From Sminthopsis crassicaudata (Eukaryota): a stretch of 64,000 nucleotides of DNA. Shown piece by piece: positions 54,191-64,000 of this stretch. The stretch is taken from positions 168,414,937-168,478,936 of the forward strand of contig NC_133617.1 in NCBI RefSeq assembly GCF_048593235.1, read 5' to 3'. The translations under genes and the position numbers were made by a program. Position 1 is the first letter of the stretch, and the number at the start of each line of letters is the position of its first letter. Below the pieces are notes generated by a model, which saw only the letters and a list, made by a program, of their open reading frames with translations, searched no databases and had not been told where the DNA came from.

Positions 54191-54383
54191 TGGAGTATGA
54201 CAAGGAGTTCTCCCCTCGCCAACGGCATCACAAGGAATTCAAGTTCAACTTGTCCCAGATTCCTGAGGGAGAGGCTGTGACGGCTGCTGAGTTTCGAATC
54301 TACAAGGATTGTGTCATGGGGACCTTTAAAAACCAAACTTTTCTTATCAGCATTTATCAAGTCTTACAGGAGCACAAGCACAG
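54191..54383 (+). CDS. BMP6: BMP6 internal coding exon (prodomain; equivalent to human exon 2), phase 1 to phase 2, 193 bp
   Basis: Translates (V)[63 protein letters not shown](R), nearly identical to the mammalian BMP6 prodomain as I recall it and distinct from BMP7/BMP5. Flanked by a pyrimidine tract ending in AG (54189-54190) and by GTATGA (54384-54389). The 193-bp length and phases match the conserved BMP5/6/7 exon 2. NLS and NQT sequons are present. Confidence 0.97.
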
Positions 54384-54389
54384 GTATGA
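54384..54389 (+). other. BMP6: 5' splice site of the BMP6 exon
   Basis: CAG|gtatga; protein homology ends here (EHKHR). Confidence 0.9.
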
Positions 54390-57377
54390 AGGTCCAGGGA
54401 GTCCCACGGGATGGGGCTTGCCCCGATTCCCATTCCCTTACTCTATGGCTCAGAGTGTGTTTGTTGGAAATATAAATTCTGGGCTCAGGAGCAAAACATG
54501 AAATTGTGCTATTTATTCAGACTGGCAGAGTAAAGGCAATTTGCTGGCAATTGAGTTTGTTGTAGTTGAGTGGGAAACATTCCAAACACTATCTTAATCC
54601 AATTGCCAGTCAGTTAACATTTACTAAGTGCACATCTTGAGGAAAGGCACCATAGTGAGATAGGCAAGAATCGGAATATACAATTTCCTACTTTACAATC
54701 TAAGGTGGGTGGGTGGGGGGAGGGGACATAGCATAAACACAAAAGCATGAGCATACCTGCCAAAGTGCTGTTAAAAACAAGTTCAAACTAATAGATGATG
54801 TCACAGAAGAATTGAAAGAAATTTTTCCATATTAAAACAATGTAGCAATCCAGAAAGCCATATAATCTAATATCCAAAATGCTACGTTCCTATGTCCTGG
54901 AGTGATGCTAACCCTCTTTTAAAATCAGCTACTTTGAAATACAACTTTACAATAATACGTATATTCTTTATTAGAAACCGGAAGAGAATTTGGAGTGATG
55001 AAAATAGTGTTTAGTGATTATTTGGGGCCTCTCTGCCTATCTCTTTCTGCTTCTATCTTCCTTTTTTTCTCTTTCTTGGTAAAGTTGCCTTAGTTCCAAG
55101 TATTGAAGTTCCTAATAAAAATTATGGTGCAATATCAAATTTAACTACATGAGAGAGAAGAAAACAACACAGCTGCTTAGAAGTATATTCTGAGGTCTAT
55201 ACCAAAATATCTTGAATAAAACAATCATAAAATGATTGGGAAGGTTGGAAGGGAGTCAAAGAAAAATATCTTCCTTGGTTACAATCATAAATAGTGTTTC
55301 TTAGGAAAAACAGGACTTTCATATATTTACATAATAGGACAATATATCAAAAGTATCATGTTTGCATTTTCCCTAGCAATATGTATATAGACGTGCAAAC
55401 TGAATATTTCACAGAATGTAGAGAAGAACACAATCTTTGCTTGGTTAGCTAATGTGTTTTGGAAATTACTCTTTAACAATTAACCAAAGCTTGGAATACT
55501 GAAAAATAAAATGGTAAATTTGCCAAAAAATCTTGGATCTTGGATCTTACTGGATATTTAATGGGCTGTTTGGTAGTTCAGGGAGGCATTGGGTGCACTA
55601 GTCTTGCTGTCAAGAGTGGAATACACAAATAAGGAAACAAGAGTATTGTACCAACATTGGAGAGAAGTGATATAAATTTAGTGGGGGGAGGGATTTGTTG
55701 TATTTGATTTATAAATCCCAATACCCCTCCTCCCCTGTTGTGAGATCTTTGGATGGTCATAGACAAAATTCATTGACTCTCCAAGTCTCTCTAACATTTC
55801 CATAGCATCCAAAACTTAGATTTTCATATGATTTTTGAACATGGCTATGATTCTTGCTGCAAGTAATGGCTCTATGACTGAGTATAAAAATTAATTCACT
55901 AATGATTATGACAAAAACAATAATTCAATTCAATTCTTCAAACATCTATTAATGACATCTATGTGCAAGCATTGGAGGCAACAGTTAAAAAGAAAAATGT
56001 GGCACAAAGATAAAAAGCTTCAGTGCTTCAAAGCTCTATAATTTTATCAGTATAGATATTCTCTCCATTGATGCCTATCACAAACTCTCTTGATCTTCAT
56101 ATCATGATGAGGTATGAAGCAAGAAAGCAGAAGCTTCTACCAAGAACACAGGATCAACCCCCTTTCTCTCTGAGGCTGCCTGGGGCTCCAGAGCTTTTGT
56201 TTGGTACTGATACTGATACTGTGATTGCAGAGCTGACTGTATTGACAGGAGGAGGAACAAGAGAAATAAGTGAAACCTCTTTAGATTAAGATCATATAAC
56301 TCAGAGTTGTATTTTCAAGTAACTTTTTAAAAATATGTCTTTGAGTTTCTTTATGTTGTTTTACACTTATACTTGGAAAACTCTTTAAAGTATGCTATAA
56401 GCTGTTTGAAGCCATAGACACAAGATACACTAAGAGTTTTGATTGTAAATTTGTACCATAAGGTCGGTGTTAATTGTATTCTTAATATTCCTTTTAAGGT
56501 CTTCTCTGTATTCTTATACCACAAGTTAGGGGACCCTTGCAACTATGATGTCTATATTCTCAATCCCAGAGGAGGTTATCCAGGGACAGCAGAAGCAAAC
56601 TAGTGCCTTCCTAGATCATTATGAGAGGATTTATAATGTCTAATCCCAAACATTAGCAATAGACCTAGTTAGGATACTTTACATTCTTAGAAAATTATCA
56701 GGGAGGGGAATGGGAACTAGATTGGACAATTCCTTTTATATATTGGATAATTTTCCTATTATAGAGATAATGTTTGCTGAGAGATTACCAGTATTTAAAT
56801 GTCAGTTTCTTGATAATATTTGAATATCCTCATAATAAATGGAATGCTTCTATATACATTAAGCATACAGAGGAAAAGAGATGGCTATTTACATATATAA
56901 ATGAATCCCAATAGTTGAGAGTGATTTAGACTTGTAGGAAGTGATCTCTGTTTTAAATGACCTTGCAGGAACAATTAAAATATTCAGGTAACAAAGTGAC
57001 CACATGTATATTATAGAAAAAAGTAGACCTTAAGGCCAAGAGAAGGGATTGCAACAAAGAAGGCAAAAGAGTTACAAGCCCAACAGTTGGCAATGACAAA
57101 TTTCCCAGAGTTAATAATACTATGTATGATATAGATTGGGTTTAAAGTATGTTTTTTTATAGTATTTTAAAGTATTTTTTTTTATATTTTTAAAGTTAGG
57201 ATAATATATGAAGGTATGTAATTATATATGATAATATAATCACAATATACAATATAGCATGTAAGCATATATAATAGCATATAATACATTACAATATAAT
57301 ATGTAATTATATTATCTATTATAATTTTTAAAATAGGAAATGTTATGTAAACTAGAATAACATACAAACGTATAATC

Positions 57378-58510
57378 TTTTTTGTTATAGCTTTTTATTT
57401 ACAAAACATATGCATGGGTAATTTTTCAACATTGACCCTTGCAAAACCTTCTATTTCAACTTTTTCCCTCCTTCCCCCCACCCCCTCCCCTAGATGGCAA
57501 GTTGTCCAATACATGTTAGATATGTTAAAGCATATGTTAAATATAATATATGTATATATATTTATACAATTATCTTGCTGCACAAGAAAAATTGGATCTA
57601 TAAAGAAAGTTAAAAAAAACTGAGAGGGAAAACAAAAATGCAAGCAAACAACAACAGAAAGAGTGGAAATGTTGTGGTCCATATTCATTTCCTATAGTTC
57701 TCTCTCTGGTTGTAGCTGATTCTCTTCATTAATGAACCAGTTGGAACTGGTTTGAATCATCTCATTGTTGAAGAGAGCCAGAATTAATCAGCATATATTA
57801 TTGTTGTTGAAGTGTATAATGATCTCCTAGTTCTGCTCATTTCACTCAGCATCAGTTCATGTAAGTCTCTGAAATCATCCTGCTGTCCATTTCTTACAGA
57901 ACAATAATATTGCATAATATTCATATACCACAATTTATTCAGCCATTCTCCAATTGATGGGCATCCACTCAGTTTCCAGTTTCTGGCCACCACAAAAAGA
58001 GCTGCCACAAATATTTTTGGGTCCCTCTCTCTTGTTTAAGATCTCTTTGGGATATAAGTCCATGATCATGATCAAACACTGCTGGGTCAAAGGGTATGCA
58101 TAGTTTGAGAATTTTTTGAGCATAATTCCAAATTGCTCTCCAGAATGGTTGGATCTGTTCATAACTCTACTAACAATGTATCAGTGTCCCAGTTTTCCCA
58201 CATTCCCTCCAACATTCGTCATTATCTTTCCCTGTCATTCTAGCCAATCTGAGAGGTGTGGAGTAGTATCATTTCTCTGATCAATAATGATTTGGAGCCT
58301 CTTTGCATATGACTAGAAATCATTTCAATTTCTTCATCTGAAAATTTTATGTTCATATCTTTTGAGCATTTATCAGTTGGAGAATGGTTTGATTTCTTAT
58401 AAATTTGAGTCAATTCTCTATATAATTTGGAAATGAGGCCTTTATCAGAACTTTAACTATAAAAATGTTTTCCCAGTTTATTGCTTCCCTTCTAATCTTG
58501 TCTGCATTAG
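57378..58510 (-). mobile_element. 5'-truncated L1 (3'UTR plus ORF2 C-terminus), intermediate-age subfamily
   Basis: ORF track 57784-58008: AALFVVARNWKLSGCPSIGEWLNKLWYMNIMQYYCSVRN; 3' end ttttatttacaaaacatatgcatgggtaatttttcaacattgaccc; no TSD seen. Confidence 0.9.
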
Positions 58511-60169
58511 TACAATAAACATTTATTAAACACCTATGGTATGCCAGGTACTGTGCTACATGGATACAAATAGAAAAAAAAAAAGTCTTAGTTCCTGTTG
58601 GAAAGTGGGGGAGGGGAGAACACTAGGGAGTACCCAGCTCGGAGGCATCTTTTCCACAGAGTTCAAACTAAGCAAAACTACAGATGGAAAGTGGAAAGTG
58701 AGCTGAAAGTTCCAGATCTCTATAAAAGTATATCTGGGGAGCTTAATGCTCTTCCTAACAGCCTTCTGATCCAAAGGTAAAAGAGGCTGAGGGAAATGAG
58801 GAAGTGTCCAATGTCCAAAGTTGAGTTAAACTGCATGAGGAGGAGATTTCAAGGTATGGAGAACGTGATAATCTGATCCAAAAGCATAAGAGATCCTATG
58901 GTCAGAATAGTATAAGACATTTAAGAAGACAGGAGAGAGAAGGTTATAGGTCAGCAGACTTGAGTTAGAGGTCTTGGTTCTTCAATGTGTGGCCAAACTG
59001 AGCTTCCATGGTGGCTTACTCAAAGGAGAACCATTCTATCTTAACTGCTATTGAGATCTAGGCAATGTACTTCTGCTGGATAGATGTGTGGAAGTAGTTC
59101 CATGGAATACCTCACACAGTACACATCATCAGGTGTACTGAGAAGAGATATAAGATTTTAAGACCTAGATGAGATATCAAGGTAGGTTAGAGTTGACCAT
59201 CATCTTTGGGGTGAACAGATTAGACTGAACATCTTTGAGTCTGAAGATGAACCTTCCAGGGGATTAAGATCTTTAAGTAAGGGCTTCATCCCAGATAAGA
59301 GGCCATGAGGGAAAAAAAAGGTATAAGATATTTAGGTATACCCTACTTAGCTGGATCCTGGTGGTACAAAGAAAATAGTAGAAATGACAAGAGTAGTCCT
59401 TCCACAAACCAGCCCCTTGAGAGAAAGAAAGGAAAGTTTTCTATAAGAGATAACTAGATACTAAAACTGAGTTGTATATAATGTAAGCTTTCAGTTGCTC
59501 TGAATAATGTATAAAAGAGGAAGAGTGCTAAAAATAAACAGTCTGTAGGAAATATATTGTCTACTATCCTATATTCCAACAGAGCAGAGAAGGCTCCTAC
59601 CTTTTCAGTGGGGCAGACCAATTGTCTTAAGGTTCATACAGGAAGGCCAGCTAAGGCCACATACCCCCTTCAAAGATTAGGAAGGAAGGGTCTTTGATGG
59701 GAAGATATTTTGTAATTGCCATTAGGGTGGCGGTGCAGTTGAGTTGTAGGAATAGGAAGTTAGCTGTTTCTGAGAGTCATAAGGAGGGCATTCTGAAACA
59801 CTCCTATTTAAGAGTCTGGCTATTGGGCTAATATTTATAAATCAGTACTCAGGTGGTGGCTAAAGTGTCAGTTTTTTTGACAGTAAAAACAAGAATGATA
59901 AGTGAAAGTTCTCTATGACAGAACAGCATAGATTAGGAGAGTTTATTGTTTCTCTGTGTTCTTAAGTTTCTCTGCATCTCTATAATGGTGAGCCACTTTT
60001 TTTTCCTATTTATCAGATAGAGTTTTGTGTGTTGAGTTGTATGATAAATTAGGGGACTGATGATGACTGATCACTGACAATTATGTCCTCAATAGTTGTT
60101 TCTGATCTCTTTATTGTTTCTTAATGGATGTCTCTGCCAGACTTTCTTGAACCCTGATAGTAACATTTA

Positions 60170-60900
60170 AACTGGGCTTTAAAAGTTGTGAAGAAATTCA
60201 ACAGGATATGTAAGAGGGAGAGAGGGGATATTCCAGATATAAGAAATAGCTTGAGTAAAGACAGAAGTAGAAATCATATGTCAGGAAATAGTTTAGATTG
60301 ACTGGAACAAAATAAAGATAATTACAGATAAGCATTGAAAAGTAGTCCCACATTTTGGAGCACTTGAAGTGCTAATAGGGAGGTACTGAAGATTTTTCAG
60401 TAAAGGAGTGACATGACTAGAACTTTTCAGAAGAAGAATTAGTGTGGCAGGTATTTAGAGAATAAACTGAAGGAGTAAAGATGATAAATGTGAGAAGACA
60501 CATTAATAAATTATTGCAAGAGGTGATAATGAAGGCTTGTATTAGGATGGAGGCAGTAACAAAGAAAAGGAGATGCAAGAAGTAGTATGGAAAAAGAATG
60601 CATAGGTTTGGGGATGAGAATGAAATGTAGGAGAAGAAAAAGGCTTCCCAGGAGAAAGAAGCATCCAAGATAATACTAAGGTTTTCAATATGGAATGCTG
60701 CTGATGGAAATAGTGAAGCCAAAAGGAGGAAAAAGTTAGGAAAATAATAATCTGAAGCTTAGAGTGAGGGGGAAGTGTCAGTGCATCTGGATAGTGCTGT
60801 TTGTAGGCAGAGATGGGACTCTAGAGTTTTGGAAGCTGGAGACAGATATTTTTAAATCATCTAACGTTTATATTACTTGAAGTTATAGAAGGGAAACTAT
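60170..60900 (-). mobile_element. L2 ORF2 fragment
   Basis: ORF track 60417-60722: ENLSIILDASFS resembles the L2 RT C-terminal RNLGVILDSSLS. Confidence 0.65.
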
Positions 60901-61289
60901 GATTGGAGAAAGAATAGAAAAGTACAGATCCTTGATAAATGCTTAAAAATTAGGGCTTAATAAGATAATGAAGCAAAGAAAGAGTTGTTAGAAGGGCAAG
61001 AGAAAAATCAAATAAGTGTATTGTCTTTGAAGTAGGAAAGGACCATGAATAACAGAAACACAAAATTGGAAAGAGCCAGGTCTTTAACTCTTACTTTTAC
61101 AATAATCTCTAACTACATATCCAGAAGTGGTCATAAGATTTACTTGAAGACTTCTACTATGGGTAATACATTATATCCTGGGGCAGCCCACTCTGGTTTT
61201 GGAGAATTCTACTTGTTAGGAAACTTGTTCCCATCTCAAGACCTAACCTTCCTTCTTGCAGAGAAAAGATCTGTTCTGTTTAGCTCCAT

Positions 61290-61760
61290 GTTTCCTAGAT
61301 CTGCCCTCTGAAGCCAAATGGAACATCTGTAATACACCTTTGATAATACAACTCTTCAAATATTTGAATACAATTTGTAAAGTCCCCCTGAACTACTTCT
61401 TTTCCATGCTAATCATGTCTAATTCTGTAAAGCAATTTTGACATGGAATGCATTTGAAGTTAGCATGCATTTGAGATCTTTCACCATTCTTTTTTGTTCT
61501 CTTCTGGATACTCCTAACTTCTCAATGTCTTTCTAAATGATGTTGCTCAAAACCTTTCTGACCAGGGCAAAATACTGTAAAACTATAATATCACATCTTT
61601 AGTCTTGAGAGCTATGCTTATTTTAATTCAGCCCAAGATTGCAATGACTTTTTTATTGGCTACCATATGAAAGTGTTGATCTATTTGAGCTTGCAGATCT
61701 TTTTCTAAATAAACTTTTGCCTAACCATGCCTCATCTGATATCTATGAACTCTATATATT
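61290..61760 (-). mobile_element. L3/CR1 fragment
   Basis: actcttcaaatatttgaatacaatttgtaaagtccccctgaactacttcttttccatgctaa...gtgttgatctatttgagcttgcag. Confidence 0.55.
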
Positions 61761-61825
61761 TTTGGGTTTTGTTTATAAGTTGTTTCTCCCATTAGTATTG
61801 AAGTTCCTAAAAGACAGGGATAGTG

Positions 61826-62000
61826 TTTTTAGGAGCAGCTGAGTAGTGCACTGAATAAAACCTGGGCCTGGAATCAGGAAAACCTGAGTTTTAATACAGC
61901 CTCAAAAACTACCTCCCAGGGTTGTTGTGAGGATCAACCTTTATAAAGTGTTTTGCATAGTACCTGACACATAATAGGTGCTATATATATAAATGCCTTT
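61826..62000 (+). mobile_element. MIR/Mar-type SINE
   Basis: ggagcagctgagtagtgcactg...ggaatcaggaaaacctgagtt...ctacctcccagggttgttgtgaggatc. Confidence 0.7.
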
Positions 62001-62013
62001 TCCATTCCCCCCA

Positions 62014-62134
62014 TTTTTTTTGAGGGCAATGGGGGTTAAATCGCTTGTCTAGGATCACACAGCTAGTAAATCTGAATTCTGGTCCTCCTAACTCCAGAGC
62101 CAGTGTTTTATCCACTGCCCGCCTAGCTATCCCC
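62014..62134 (-). mobile_element. WSINE1-type SINE (internally deleted)
   Basis: ttttgagggcaatgggggttaa...gatcacacagctag...tttatccactgcccgcctagctatcccc. Confidence 0.8.
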
Positions 62135-62250
62135 CCTTTTCCCTTTCTTTTTCACTTTACTTTGTATCCCAGAGTTTAGTACAGTGCTTGTCACATAGTA
62201 AGTGCTTAATAAATGCTTGTGGATTGATAAGAGGTAGTATGTAAACTCTT

Positions 62251-62697
62251 TTTTTTTTATTTTAATAGTTTTTATTTATCAGATATATACATGGGTAATT
62301 TTACAACCTTGACAATTGCCAAACCTTTTGTTCTAATTTTTCCCCTCCTTCCCCCACCCCCACCACAGATGGCAGGTTGACCAATACATATTAAATATGT
62401 TAAAGTATAAATTAAATACAATATGTATATATGTCCAAACAGTTGTTTTGCTGTACAAAAAGAATTGGACTTTGAAATAATGTACAATTAGCCTGTGAAG
62501 GAAATCAAAAATGTAGGCAGACAAAAATAGAGGGACTGGGAATTCTATGTAGTAGTTCATAGTCATCTCCCAGAGTTCTTTTGCTGTATGTAGCTGATTC
62601 AGTTCATTACTGCTCTACTGGAACTGATTTGGTTCGTCTCATTGTTGAAAATGGTCACATTCATCAGAATTGATCATCATATAGTATTGTTGTTGAA
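62251..62697 (-). mobile_element. L1 3'UTR-only insertion (subfamily A) with perfect 17-bp TSD
   Basis: gtagtatgtaaactctt at 62234-62250 and 62698-62714; poly(T) at the left; highly similar to 29316-29746. Confidence 0.92.
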
Positions 62698-63644
62698 GTA
62701 GTATGTAAACTCTTACTCAGATAAATAAAAAATAATTCTTAACTAATATTCTACTAGGTGACTTGATTGGAATCAACTTGTCAATCGAGTGCCAATCATA
62801 TAATTATTCACTGAATTCACTTTTCATGAAAGAAGCTTTGCAGTGGCAAAAATGGGTGATCAATGACTTTTGAAGAATGTAGGAAGCTTTCAAGCTCTAT
62901 AATTTATTTAAATACATTGTTTTATTGCTGGGTAGAAAATGGCTTAACATTATATTCAGAAAAAACTAGTGTTGGGGGTCCTGTGTATGTTTTTTTTCTT
63001 TTTTTCTTTTCTTTTCTTTTTCAAGAGCAGCCAACACAATATTTGTAAGGTTTATGCGGAACTACAGCCAACAAAAACCAACTGCTTTGTTCTTAAAATG
63101 GTCATGTTATACTTCCTTGGGGCCAGAAATAAGTTTGGAAAGTAATATAAAAGCCTCATTTGTCTCAACTTTTGATGATATTCTGCTCCAGAAGAGCTAG
63201 GAGCTTCCCTGGATTCTAGGACTGAAGCTTCTGAGTTTTTTTTCTGCATGGGAGAGGGGAAACACTAGGAGAATTACATGCTTATATACAATTCTAAATT
63301 GTAAGAAAGGAGAGGATTTTCTTCTGTATCTCTTCTAGTCCAGGAAGTTCTGGGCCAAGAGCCTAGGCATCCCACTGTCTCTAAGAGTTCTTCCAAAAGG
63401 TTGTCCAACTTTAACTGCAGGCCCCTTCCCTTGGTGTGGAATGGTTTGATCTTCCCACCTGCACCATCTTGGGGTGTCTTGGCTGAAAACTACTGAGAGG
63501 TCTGTGAGGAAATCTATTTTCTTTTCTCATCTTTGTTTAAGTTATATTTGTGGTATTTGATGGATTAAATGTGCTTAGCATATGTTTGGTTTTGTTGCAA
63601 AAAAAGTCTGTCTTCTTTAAAAAAGAAAAATTCAGGTTGTAAAG

Positions 63645-63655
63645 TGCTGAGTCAC
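63645..63655 (-). promoter_or_regulatory. Perfect NRF2/sMAF antioxidant response element (+ strand TGCTGAGTCAC; GTGACTCAGCA on - strand)
   Basis: Exact match to RTGACTCAGCA. Function is not shown by sequence alone. Confidence 0.4.
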
Positions 63656-64000
63656 ATACCCAGCTGGGGCAGAGGGAATGACATCATGGGGTCACTAATA
63701 TAAAAAGCAGATCAGAAACCCTGATTAAGGAAGGCTAGAAGAGGTTGTGCTACAAGTTAATGGAAATTATCAATGTAAAACCTAGTTGTTTTAGGAAATA
63801 AGCTTTATACTGTGTGAAGTTAAGGCATATATCCAGATATGAGTATTCATGATAACAAAGAAACATTATTGTGGCATTTAACCCTTTAACAATTTAATAT
63901 TTGAGACAATAAATTGGCACATAGAAGACCAAACACAAAGTGTGTAAAACACTAGTAGGGGTTTGCTGAAGTGAAGCCAACACAAACTGACTCTGGAAAC

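Larger units (their letters stand above)
54384..64000 (+). other. BMP6: Proximal part of BMP6 intron 2
   Basis: The next expected exon (DSDLFLLDTR...) was not found before the window end. Confidence 0.75.

Noticed and set aside
54175-54501. 108-aa ORF as a stand-alone gene
   Set aside because: It is the BMP6 exon read through both splice sites; the MFNLI start and YEGPG... tail are intronic
1-64000. CRISPR arrays, tRNA/rRNA/snRNA genes, NUMTs, endogenous viral ORFs, processed pseudogenes, BMP6 exons 1 and 3
   Set aside because: None recognised. tRNA-like A/B boxes occur only as SINE heads. Highly decayed examples could be missed without a database search.

Overview
AT-rich, CpG-depleted mammalian genomic DNA from a draft assembly with three N gaps. 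The repeat content points to a marsupial, most likely a dasyurid such as the Tasmanian devil: WSINE1- and Mar1-type SINEs, marsupial L1 3' ends and a BovB-like RTE. The species is an inference. The only real coding sequence is one 193-bp internal exon of BMP6 on the + strand (54191-54383, prodomain; equivalent to human exon 2, residues ~222-286). Bases 1-54190 are therefore most likely distal intron 1 and 54384-64000 proximal intron 2; neither exon 1 nor exon 3 was found. All other ORFs in the track are chance ORFs or decayed retroelement frames. I found no new gene system. The most interesting signals are: (1) a composite L1-unique-L1 insertion inside a single 16-bp TSD that looks like a 3' transduction; (2) two independent L1 3'UTR copies with the same 5' endpoint, one carrying a 14-nt twin-priming inversion; (3) a tailless L1 fragment with an imperfect TSD; (4) a very young SINE with a perfect 16-bp TSD and a pure A34 tail; (5) a perfect NRF2/sMAF ARE in a compact motif cluster in intron 2; (6) two CTCF-like sites in intron 1. 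Repeat family names are from recognition, not a database search. Boundaries of old repeats are approximate.
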